NCBI GenBank assembly: GCA_045632645.1
Contig: JAZQXC010000012.1
Span: forward strand, 16,966 to 80,965
Direction: 5' to 3'
DNA length: 64,000 bases
Source: Alphaproteobacteria bacterium
Lineage (GTDB): Bacteria > Pseudomonadota > Alphaproteobacteria > RF32 > CAG-239
This document shows, in pieces, positions 45,175-54,064 of the stretch. The notes under the pieces were generated by a model. That model saw only the letters and a program-made list of their open reading frames with translations, was not told where the DNA came from and ran no database searches. The stretch's first letter is position 1, and every line of letters begins with the position of its first letter. The position numbers and the translations under genes are program-made.

Positions 45175-45213
45175 CAAAAAAAACTCCACCATTTGAGGTG
45201 GAGTTCTTTTTTT
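45175..45213 (-). terminator. Terminator downstream of the 549-aa lipoprotein gene
   Basis: Perfect 9-bp stem AACTCCACC (45182-45190) / GGTGGAGTT (45197-45205), flanked by an A-run and a T-run. Confidence 0.75.
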
Positions 45214-46861
45214 ATATATAGTCTGCTTTGGATGAATGAAATGTTCTTGTTTGACCATTTTTTGATGTTAATGTTAGAGTATAGTTGTCATCGGTATATT
45301 CTTCTATATAGCTATCCATTTTCGAACAATATTTTCCGTTAACAATATTTTTCCAACCAATAACTTTACAGGTGATTGCATCTATTGCTGAAAGCAATGT
45401 GTTATTCTCGGCGTACCAATATATAACACTTGATGTATCAACAGCTCTTGCTAATCTGTAATTGTTTTCACCTGATTTTATGGCGACAGAGTTAAATCCG
45501 GAATAACCACTTTGTGTATATGTGAAGATTGTTGGAAAATCTTCTTCATAATCACATACCCCCCAGTCGTATCCTTTCTCATAACGTATTACAATACATT
45601 TTTTTGTTGTATTATTTTGAACGTCAAAGATTGCGCTCACATGGTGTGATATTATCCTACCATGGGTTGGATATGTTGGTGATGGAGGAGTTGGAGTTGG
45701 CTCTTCTTGTCTTAACTCTAGTGTTGTTATTACATCTTTATCGAATGTTTGAGAGGCGATAGAAAAAGTTGCAATAGTTTTATTTATTGCTGTTGTATCG
45801 TTTTCTATAGTTAATTCATTATAAGATGTAAAATGAGTATCCAAATCAAACTCAAAGGTTTTACCCCATATATAACAACTAATTATGTAATTCGAATAGG
45901 TAAATTCATCAAAAAAGCTATCTGTACCATTAGTGTAGATGTGCTTTTCAGATATAATATTCTCTGATATACACCAATTTTCTTTACATAAATCTCTTGT
46001 TACAAGAGGGGCTTTCTCTTTTTTGAGGGTGAAATTGAAATTATCTACGCTAATTGTTTTATTAGATGATGATGTAAAGCTTATCTCCAAAGGATCAGTT
46101 ATATATCTTTCTTTGCGCTCTCCTTTGTTTTTCCATACATCTATTTTTTCTATATATAAAACAATGCTATTAGATGTTATCCAATCACATCCTTGCTTGA
46201 AAGTTGTTTCGATAAGAGTGTCATTCCTGTCTTGAGCTGATGAGTGTTTTGTATATTCAATAGTTAGATTTTCACTGCCCTTTTGGTTTAAGTTGGTAAC
46301 TTCCCAATTAAACTTAAAGTTTAGCTCAACAAAATACAAGCCCTCAATAAATGTATCTTCTTTAATGCTTGATGATACAAAATCTATAGAGGTTATGCTC
46401 ATTGTTGGCATTGCAAATGATGATGTTTCATTTTCTAATATGAATGTTTCAAACATTATATCTGCACATACAGTTTGCGTGTCGCTAAAGGTAAACTCTT
46501 TAGTAAATGTGGTAACTATTGGGTTCATACCTCGGGTGTCTTTTGATGTTTGGCTATCTTCTAAAACAGGTGTTAGAGAAGATGCATCATCAAACATAAT
46601 GGTGTCTTTTTTAGGATAAACCCTAACATTTGCATTTGGGCGTAAAACCAGACCTCTATTACCATAGTTAACTCTTAGTATCTGCGCATTTTCAAAAATG
46701 ACTGTATCACCTTTGATGGTTGAGCTCCACTCTTGACGATAATCTTTTACAGCACCTTCAAATGCGGTAAAATTTGTTGTTTCTTTTGCACAACTTGATA
46801 ACACACTCATGAATATGCCTATACCTAGTACAAGCATAAACCATTTAACTATCTTTTTCAT
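45212..46861 (-). CDS. Large ORFan lipoprotein (549 aa)
   Basis: The signal peptide plus lipobox is MKKIVKWFMLVLGIGIFMSVLSS|C. The body is beta-rich, with a P/T-rich linker EEPTPTPPSPTYPT. No family recognised. Confidence 0.6.
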   Translation of the reverse strand: MKKIVKWFMLVLGIGIFMSVLSSCAKETTNFTAFEGAVKDYRQEWSSTIKGDTVIFENAQILRVNYGNRGLVLRPNANVRVYPKKDTIMFDDASSLTPVLEDSQTSKDTRGMNPIVTTFTKEFTFSDTQTVCADIMFETFILENETSSFAMPTMSITSIDFVSSSIKEDTFIEGLYFVELNFKFNWEVTNLNQKGSENLTIEYTKHSSAQDRNDTLIETTFKQGCDWITSNSIVLYIEKIDVWKNKGERKERYITDPLEISFTSSSNKTISVDNFNFTLKKEKAPLVTRDLCKENWCISENIISEKHIYTNGTDSFFDEFTYSNYIISCYIWGKTFEFDLDTHFTSYNELTIENDTTAINKTIATFSIASQTFDKDVITTLELRQEEPTPTPPSPTYPTHGRIISHHVSAIFDVQNNTTKKCIVIRYEKGYDWGVCDYEEDFPTIFTYTQSGYSGFNSVAIKSGENNYRLARAVDTSSVIYWYAENNTLLSAIDAITCKVIGWKNIVNGKYCSKMDSYIEEYTDDNYTLTLTSKNGQTRTFHSSKADYI

Positions 46862-47058
46862 ATATATGATATTTTTTTTGCAAGATTATTTATAAAAATA
46901 TTACAATATAATTTTTTGATTAAAATAATAAATTTAGCACTTTTAATTTAACAAAAAAAAAATAAATTGCAAGCTTTTTGTCTTATTATTTGTCCATTTA
47001 TAGTTGACTTTTTATTTTTTTAGGAATAAAAGACTATAAACACTAAAATTATGATGAT

Positions 47059-47808
47059 ATGAATTATGATGAAATTAAGGGGGTACTTTTAGATGATTCT
47101 AAGAGGCTCGCGTCGAAAGAAGCAAAGGATATTATTTTTTGCTGGAAAAGAGATCATGGTTTGCTAGAAAAACTGTTAAGTGATGATGATTGTACATGCA
47201 CTTTGAGAGTGTATGATAGCTATTCAAGTGATGACAATGCTCATTACTTTATCGAGTCAAATGTTAGGTTTGTTTCTGAAAAAATTGCTCTTAAGTTTTT
47301 GGAGGCACAAAACGACATTGTTTCTGCTGACTTTATTGATATTGTGTCAGCTATTGCCTTTAAAGATGAGGAGGAAAGCCCAGTTGTTTTTGCCTGGCCT
47401 TTTCTTTCAGAGCGCTCTTTGGAATGCTTAACTTATGGAGTTATAAAGCATCTCATTGCTAACAATTTCTTTGTATTTGATTTTTCATCAGATACTGAAG
47501 GCGATATTTTTGCTTGTTTTGTTAATATTGTTTCTGATGACATGTATCTAACAGAACTTTTGGCTGTTAATAGCTTTAATATTACTTCGTATGTATCTAA
47601 CTCTAAGTTTGTAGATCAAATGGAGTTATCGGGAGCTATTGCACTTTATGCTTATTCATCTCATGGATTTAGCAATGATTCAACAGATTATGGCATCTAC
47701 CGAAAATTATTTATTAGGTATATGTCTTTTGTTCTTAATACAGTTGAGACTGTTAAAAGAACATGTGCAAGTCAAGAAATGAAATCTAGCAACGGAAGGC
47801 TAAGTTAA
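47059..47808 (+). CDS. Hypothetical acidic cytoplasmic protein (249 aa)
   Basis: Intact ORF ending at a strong terminator. No motif recognised. Confidence 0.45.
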   Translation: MNYDEIKGVLLDDSKRLASKEAKDIIFCWKRDHGLLEKLLSDDDCTCTLRVYDSYSSDDNAHYFIESNVRFVSEKIALKFLEAQNDIVSADFIDIVSAIAFKDEEESPVVFAWPFLSERSLECLTYGVIKHLIANNFFVFDFSSDTEGDIFACFVNIVSDDMYLTELLAVNSFNITSYVSNSKFVDQMELSGAIALYAYSSHGFSNDSTDYGIYRKLFIRYMSFVLNTVETVKRTCASQEMKSSNGRLS

Positions 47809-47838
47809 AAAAAGTCGGGTAATACCCGACTTTTTTTA
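47807..47838. terminator. Bidirectional terminator closing the AAA+/vWA operon and the convergent 249-aa gene
   Basis: GTCGGGT (47814-47820) pairs with ACCCGAC (47824-47830) around a 3-nt loop. It has an A-run upstream and a T7 run downstream. Confidence 0.75.
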
Positions 47839-48150
47839 TTCTTGTACTTCAAAGGCACAATATATATCTTTGCTAATCGAGGTTCTATTTAAGACTGTTG
47901 TTAGCCCTTTTGAAGTGATTGCGGCAAACTTTGGAATATAAACGTTTTTTACATTTGGATTATTCATCGCTTCTTCTAGTTCGCTTAATGTTCCAACCTC
48001 TTTATTTCCTTTTAGGTTTTGAACAACAATTTCTTCACCTTCTTTGTTAAGGTTATAAACTTTGTTACCACCAATAATTGTATAATCTCTTGCCATTATG
48101 GTTTTTAATATAATGGTTTCGATTTGGTCTTTATTAAACCCTTTAGTCAT
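47836..48150 (-). CDS. Small ORFan (104 aa), translationally coupled to the AAA+ gene
   Basis: Its start overlaps the stop of the upstream 896-aa gene by 8 nt. No motif recognised. Confidence 0.5.
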   Translation of the reverse strand: MTKGFNKDQIETIILKTIMARDYTIIGGNKVYNLNKEGEEIVVQNLKGNKEVGTLSELEEAMNNPNVKNVYIPKFAAITSKGLTTVLNRTSISKDIYCAFEVQE

Positions 48151-50833
48151 TACCCATACCTCCTATATTTCTTCTCATAAGCATAGATGGTTCAAGCTTT
48201 TGCTCTGTTTTGTATTTTTCGTTTGATAAAAGAACTACATTACCATTTGTTTCTCCACCAAAGCTAGTAGATGAATCGCTTGTGAAAATTGATAAGAATG
48301 TTGCAACAGAATTTTCATCATAACTAATATTTGCAAGACTCTGATTTACCCTTAGCATTACACTATTTAATAATTCACTTATATCTACATCGCTATTATA
48401 AATTTGTCTTTTTAGAAAGTTTGCGATTGCTTCATAGTCATTTGTTTCTGCTTTATTATAATTAACAAATACAATGCTAGCATCTTTTAGTTTTGCTCTA
48501 TCGTCACCACTTGGTTCAAAATCTGCAAGAATAACTGTTTCGCCGTTTTTTTTGTTATATATAATATAAGCCTTACCTAAATCACCATTTTCTTGTCCTT
48601 GGCTATTATTTACCATAACACATGTTGTAAAGAATTCTGAGTCACATCCATTAGCAATTTTTTTAGATCTCTCAGGAGCGCCGCTTGCATCTTCTGTTAT
48701 TTCAACATGTTCTGCTTCGAGTTTTTTCATATTATACTCACGAAGCTGTTTAATTATTAAGCTATCGATAAATTGTTCACTTGTAATTAATGAATTAGGG
48801 TTAACATTCTCTGTATTACCATCTAGTGAAGTAGTGTGAACTATTAAAATAGGCTCATCAGGACAGGCTTTCATATCATGGTTTGGAATTGCTATGTTAT
48901 TGCTTATCTCCTCATTATTGATATTTGTGCTAAGCAATGCTATCGCCTCCTCTAGTATATCATCATCAATAATATCTTCAGAAGTTAAACCTTGTTTATT
49001 ATATATTTTTTGGATTGAAGATGTGATAACTTCTTTTATATTTGCAAAGTTATGTGATGGAAAATCATCTTCTCTTGCATTATAAAGTTTTTCAACACTA
49101 TCTTCACCAACATATCCTGCTGATGCAAATTTATTTCTTTTTGCAATATCTTGTATGCCCTCAGCTAATGTTTGAACGGCCTCTGCGTCTTCTTTATATG
49201 TTGCAACATCATCTAGATAATCGTTGATTGTTGTTGGTTTAATTAAGTCTATTACTCTTTCAACAACTGTATAATCAAGAGATGAACCTCGTGTATACAT
49301 TCTATTTTTTTGACGAGCTTTTATTCTTTTATTTAACTTTTCTTGTGTTGTTATTTGACGCTCTTCATCTGTTTTAGAAGATGCTGACTTTCTTCTCCCC
49401 TTAAAAGGAGATTTGTGTTCTGTCTCTGTTGCTTCAATTTTTCTATCACTTTCTGAGCGTTGAATAAGCTTAAATACATAACGAAGGTCTAAAAGAGCTC
49501 TGTTTGTTAAATAATCTCTATATTTTTGGGGCAATGCTTCGTTTTGAGAAGCCTCTTTTGCAAATTCCCTTGCCTCATATACAAAGTTTGCTATATGTTC
49601 AGCTACTCTAAGAGTTCTATCAATATGTTTAATATTGAATAGTTCTTCTTCAGGAATTTGTTTTTTCTCTTCGGCGCTTAACCCTATAGTTCTCATATCT
49701 AGTAAAATTTCTGATAACTCTTGTGGGTGGTTATCATAATATTCTGGATCTGTTATATAAACATAATATGCAGGAACGCCTGTTAAATGTTTTAGTGTAC
49801 GAGAAAAGAAGTCAGCCTTTGATGGATTTGGAATTTTACAAATATCAATATTTGCACCTTCACGAGAAATCATAGGTTTTGTGAGTTCTTTTGCACTTGT
49901 ACCCATATCATCTGTTGCTTCGTTACATGTTGAAAAACAGAAAAATACAGGTGGAAGTTCTTTACGTTTTAATGTGAAAGGAATATCATCTTCACCTTTT
50001 AAGGTTATTTTTGGAGTACCTTGCTCTGATAAAAACGATTTAATTTGAAGCCATGCATCAACTTGAGGAATACGATTACTTTCATCGAGGATAACAATAC
50101 GACCATAGTTTGGATCTTCTTGATCTGATAATGCTTGTAATAAAGGACCATTTGATGTTGCAAAACCTACATTATTTTGGTTTTCTTTATATTCTATTCC
50201 TTCCATAGACATTACTTTATCACAAACACCTTCAATATATGAGCTATTTTTAACTTTTGCAAGAGCTCCTACCCAGTCAATAGCGACTATTTTTTGTCCT
50301 TCTCTTTCTTCTATACTAACAGCGTCTTCTAGCATTTTTTGTAAGTATTCAATCGTTTCGGGAAGTAGCTCTTTTCCTTCTTTATTAATTATTTTCAAGT
50401 GCGAGTCTATTTGTCTTGTTTTATCTTTTTGCCCTACGTTAAAAGTTGTTGTACGATATAATTCATCTGGGTTATCTAAACTTTCACAGTTTACGACAAA
50501 TGCTCCTAATGGATGCATTAGCTCACCAAAAGCTTTTGCCATAAAGGTTTTACCAGAACCAGGGCTACCCTCTATTGTATAACCATAGCTTTTATCGTTT
50601 CCGCTTCTTGATGTATCAAAACGATATATCATCTCAGTCATAGGCTCCATCATAGATGGGTCTGAGATAACTCTTCTTAAAAATCTTCCATAAAACTGCT
50701 CGGTAGTATCTTCGCGCATTGTTGGAAGGAAGACAGACTCTTCTTCTGAGGCTATCCATTTTATTCCTTGCCTAGTAAATATTGGAATTGGATACTCTTC
50801 TGTTCCTAATTGATGGTATTTTATTTCTCTCAT
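48143..50833 (-). CDS. Giant MoxR/AAA_5-like (CobS-like) AAA+ ATPase with long C-terminal extension
   Basis: Walker A is GSPGSGKT (nt 50546-50569). Walker B is RIVILDESNR (D250-E251 at nt 50081-50086). About 150 aa separate the two motifs, and about 550 aa of unrecognised sequence follow the ATPase core. Confidence 0.7.
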   Translation of the reverse strand: MREIKYHQLGTEEYPIPIFTRQGIKWIASEEESVFLPTMREDTTEQFYGRFLRRVISDPSMMEPMTEMIYRFDTSRSGNDKSYGYTIEGSPGSGKTFMAKAFGELMHPLGAFVVNCESLDNPDELYRTTTFNVGQKDKTRQIDSHLKIINKEGKELLPETIEYLQKMLEDAVSIEEREGQKIVAIDWVGALAKVKNSSYIEGVCDKVMSMEGIEYKENQNNVGFATSNGPLLQALSDQEDPNYGRIVILDESNRIPQVDAWLQIKSFLSEQGTPKITLKGEDDIPFTLKRKELPPVFFCFSTCNEATDDMGTSAKELTKPMISREGANIDICKIPNPSKADFFSRTLKHLTGVPAYYVYITDPEYYDNHPQELSEILLDMRTIGLSAEEKKQIPEEELFNIKHIDRTLRVAEHIANFVYEAREFAKEASQNEALPQKYRDYLTNRALLDLRYVFKLIQRSESDRKIEATETEHKSPFKGRRKSASSKTDEERQITTQEKLNKRIKARQKNRMYTRGSSLDYTVVERVIDLIKPTTINDYLDDVATYKEDAEAVQTLAEGIQDIAKRNKFASAGYVGEDSVEKLYNAREDDFPSHNFANIKEVITSSIQKIYNKQGLTSEDIIDDDILEEAIALLSTNINNEEISNNIAIPNHDMKACPDEPILIVHTTSLDGNTENVNPNSLITSEQFIDSLIIKQLREYNMKKLEAEHVEITEDASGAPERSKKIANGCDSEFFTTCVMVNNSQGQENGDLGKAYIIYNKKNGETVILADFEPSGDDRAKLKDASIVFVNYNKAETNDYEAIANFLKRQIYNSDVDISELLNSVMLRVNQSLANISYDENSVATFLSIFTSDSSTSFGGETNGNVVLLSNEKYKTEQKLEPSMLMRRNIGGMGND

Positions 50834-50903
50834 TTTAATCTCCTCTTTTTTTTTATTATTATACTATTTTTTTATCCCTTTGTCAAATACACCATTATTA
50901 ACT

Positions 50904-53900
50904 TTACATTTCTAATACATCTTCAATTAATTTTTTCTTAACTCTATTAGTTGTTTTTTCTTTAACTTCGCTAAATTTCAACCTCTTTTGTAGCATTTCT
51001 ATTATTTTTTTACTTACTGTTTCTTTTATTCCTTCTGCAGTTGTTCCTCCAAATACATTATTAACATAGTCTATTTGGGTTGAACCTTTGCTTTTCATTT
51101 CATCAATAAGTGGTCTTGTGTAGTTATTCCAACCGTGATCTATAAAGAAACTATCAAAGGTAATGTCTGGATTATTTTCTAAAATATTTCTGATATAACC
51201 ATTAACATCTTTATTGCGATAGTCGTTATTACCTCCATCTGTTATACTAAATATGTGTGTAAAACCACTTGTTTTGTTAGGTTTTTTACCAAGATTTTCA
51301 GCAACATCTTCTAAACATCTCTTTATGGCTGGAGATAAATGGTCGTTACATCCTGTTCCATCTGATCTTTTAGCTGCTGATATGTTTTCTGCAATTTCTT
51401 TTGTTGACATCCCTGGTTTTGCAATTGTATATGGTGTTGGATCACCCATCATATAAATATATACGTTTACCTCTTTGATGCTTTTTACTGCCTCATATAA
51501 AATACAAGCTGTTGCAAGAGCATTATCAAATGGACCACCACACATTGAGCCAGAGCCATCAATTAAAATACAAAAATTACTTTCTTCTATTATGGTTTCC
51601 TTTATTACCTCATCTTCTGAAACAGATATTTCTGTATCAAAACGCTGTAAATCTTTTTTAGTAATTTTAGGATCACGTTTTTGAATTTTCTCCAATAACC
51701 TTTTGTGTCTTTCTTTATCAAGAGTTGTTGCGCCCTGAATTGGTAATACTGTTTTTAATGTTTTACTGTGAGCATGCCCTCTTCTTATGCTATCACGTTT
51801 TTTTTGTTTTATAATTTCTGTAATAATTCGCTTAGCACTAGCAATTGGCTCTTTATACTGAGCTACATATTTTTGATAATCATCATATGAGCCCTCAAGC
51901 AACTTTCTTACATATTCGCTACTTTCTCTATTTGGATTTTGCATTTGAGTTATATCTATAAGTATTGGTTCTGTTCTTTTAGGCATAAAATCACTAAAAT
52001 CATCCACACCTTCAGATGAAGGTTCACTATCATTTGTGTCTTGAGAATCACTATTTTCACCTCTATTGCCAAGCTCTTCCTTAGTCATTTCTCTTTTAGC
52101 CTCTTCGCCTAGCTTTCCTATTTCTTCAGCTTTTTCAATCATTTCTTTTATTTCTTCTTCGGTAAACTCTTTTGATTTCTCGTTTGGAGTTGTATCAAAG
52201 GTTGAAGCAGAAGGATAACCATCTTCTGTTTCTAGTTCTTGTTCATTACCATTGCCTGTACCTGATTTATTTTCTTGCTCTTGTTCTTGCTTCTCACCTT
52301 TGCTACTACCTTCTCCATTTTCTTGTTCTTCTTGAGTGGTATCGTTGTTGTTACTATTATTTCCTTGATTTTGTCCACCATCTCCTTCTTGATCTTGGCT
52401 TTGCTCTTCTTGGTTGTCTGGATTATGAGAATCTCCTTCTTTGCCTTCTTGAGGACTTTGATCTTGATTTGATCCACTACTTTGATTTGAGCTACCTCTT
52501 TCGCCTTGATCCCCTCCTGATTGAGGTGTACTACTTCCATTTTGTCTTTGTTGTTCCGCTTGATCTAACATTCTTTCAGCAGACTTTTCAGCCTCTTTAT
52601 AAATTTCTTCCATATGGTGAGCGACAAATTTATCAAAGAACTCATCAGCCATTTTAGCTCTTTTTTGGCTTAAACGTGTCATTCGTTTTTCATACAACCC
52701 TTCATTAATAGTTCTTAAAGAATTTGATGGTTGACTTGCCTCAAATTCATTGCAAATACGTCTTATTTCATCAAAACTTTCATCAGCGGTCATTTTGACG
52801 CCATCACTATCAACACCATCTAAAAGCTCTGGAAATAGATTTATTCTATGCCAATCTTGATATGAATGATTTATAACCAATTCATTATTAGCAAAAAAGC
52901 TGTTTCTTGCAATTGCTTTAACATGAGCGATACGAGCTTGGGCACTTTGTGATATCTCTTGTTTAAAATCTGATATTTTTCTGGGAGATAAAAACTTTTC
53001 TCCGACATTTATTATTGTTTCTAACTCATTTAGGTGTGCTTTATCATAATCACCACCAACATTTACGGCGCGACGGTTAGCATACATATTTTCTAATTCA
53101 TCTAAAAACCTAAATCTGTATTGATATTCTGCTTGTAATCTTGCTGCCTCTTTGGCTACTTTTAACCATTCATCCTTTGCATTTTTTTTGGCTAAATCCC
53201 TCATTTGTTCTTGTAATTCTTTTACTCTTTTATCTATAACCTCCATTTTTGGAGTTTGTAATGTTTGTGTCCCTTTAGAGTGAGCTATTTCGTGGTTTAT
53301 GGCTGTTGCTGAGGCATCTGTTCCACAAACAAGTGTCCATAGCATATCATCTACAATTATGTTTTCGCTTGGAATAAAACAATAGCTTATATTAGGATAT
53401 CCATGCTCTGAATATACAATTTTAGTCTTTTTATTTGCTTCTGCCACGCTTATAATATATGCATGCTTTTTTAATTCTTTTTGCATATATGATGATTTTT
53501 CTATTCTTTTCCATATTGTTGTTTGAGATATCTTTCCTGTTCTATGTTTAGCATCCCAAGTGTTGCCAATTTCCCTATGGGTTGCATAGTAACCAAGAAC
53601 CATCCCCCAAAATAGCATTGACTCTTCGCTATCTAAAGTTAGGGGTTTTTTGATATCACCAGTTTTTATAAAATGTTCAAAATTTTCTCTATGAGTGGCA
53701 AATATTTCTTTTTTCTCATTTGTATCAAACAACTCCTCAAGCTCATTAAATAAATCTTCTAGCTTTTCTATACTAAAATTCTCTTTAGCTCTTGGTGATA
53801 AAAACGCCTCAGAAAACTGTACTCTGATTCTGTTTAATGGACGGGCTACAATACTTTCCACATGGCGTATTTGGGCTTCTTGTTCTCTTTGTTGGTTTTC

Positions 53901-53918
53901 TTTTGATGATACTATCAT
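50904..53918 (-). CDS. HExxH (putative metallopeptidase) + acidic low-complexity linker + C-terminal vWA (MIDAS) domain protein
   Basis: HEIAH is at residues 209-213 (nt 53280-53294). Residues ~455-640 are Q/E/N/G/S/D-rich low complexity. The MIDAS-type DGSGS sits in FCILIDGSGSMCGG (nt 51546-51560), with later IFSITDGGNN. The architecture resembles DUF2201/COG3864 or CobT-type partners of MoxR ATPases, but the protein is much longer. Confidence 0.65.
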   Translation of the reverse strand: MIVSSKENQQREQEAQIRHVESIVARPLNRIRVQFSEAFLSPRAKENFSIEKLEDLFNELEELFDTNEKKEIFATHRENFEHFIKTGDIKKPLTLDSEESMLFWGMVLGYYATHREIGNTWDAKHRTGKISQTTIWKRIEKSSYMQKELKKHAYIISVAEANKKTKIVYSEHGYPNISYCFIPSENIIVDDMLWTLVCGTDASATAINHEIAHSKGTQTLQTPKMEVIDKRVKELQEQMRDLAKKNAKDEWLKVAKEAARLQAEYQYRFRFLDELENMYANRRAVNVGGDYDKAHLNELETIINVGEKFLSPRKISDFKQEISQSAQARIAHVKAIARNSFFANNELVINHSYQDWHRINLFPELLDGVDSDGVKMTADESFDEIRRICNEFEASQPSNSLRTINEGLYEKRMTRLSQKRAKMADEFFDKFVAHHMEEIYKEAEKSAERMLDQAEQQRQNGSSTPQSGGDQGERGSSNQSSGSNQDQSPQEGKEGDSHNPDNQEEQSQDQEGDGGQNQGNNSNNNDTTQEEQENGEGSSKGEKQEQEQENKSGTGNGNEQELETEDGYPSASTFDTTPNEKSKEFTEEEIKEMIEKAEEIGKLGEEAKREMTKEELGNRGENSDSQDTNDSEPSSEGVDDFSDFMPKRTEPILIDITQMQNPNRESSEYVRKLLEGSYDDYQKYVAQYKEPIASAKRIITEIIKQKKRDSIRRGHAHSKTLKTVLPIQGATTLDKERHKRLLEKIQKRDPKITKKDLQRFDTEISVSEDEVIKETIIEESNFCILIDGSGSMCGGPFDNALATACILYEAVKSIKEVNVYIYMMGDPTPYTIAKPGMSTKEIAENISAAKRSDGTGCNDHLSPAIKRCLEDVAENLGKKPNKTSGFTHIFSITDGGNNDYRNKDVNGYIRNILENNPDITFDSFFIDHGWNNYTRPLIDEMKSKGSTQIDYVNNVFGGTTAEGIKETVSKKIIEMLQKRLKFSEVKEKTTNRVKKKLIEDVLEM

Positions 53919-54064
53919 ATTTTTCTCCCTTTTGATTATTCTAGCATATTTGTAAAGTTATTACAAGATTTTTTTGATTTTATTAATGGGGGTTGTTTTG
54001 TTTAATGCTTGACTTGAGCTTTTAAGTATTGTTATTTGTATTTAAACGTTTTTTTGAGGGTAGT

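Noticed and set aside
52172-52657. Alternative-frame ORFs (161, 102 and 65 aa) within 52172-52657.
   Set aside because: They arise from the repetitive, low-complexity coding tract of the 1004-aa gene, and their translations are monotonous (L/F/Y or K-rich).
47836-53918. Considered simply calling the AAA+/vWA pair cobS/cobT (aerobic cobaltochelatase subunits or their alphaproteobacterial homologs).
   Set aside because: This is not fully excluded, but the proteins are about 2.7x and 1.7x the sizes I recall for CobS and CobT. The vWA protein has an HExxH motif, and no other cobalamin genes are nearby. I therefore withheld gene symbols and reported the locus as a finding.
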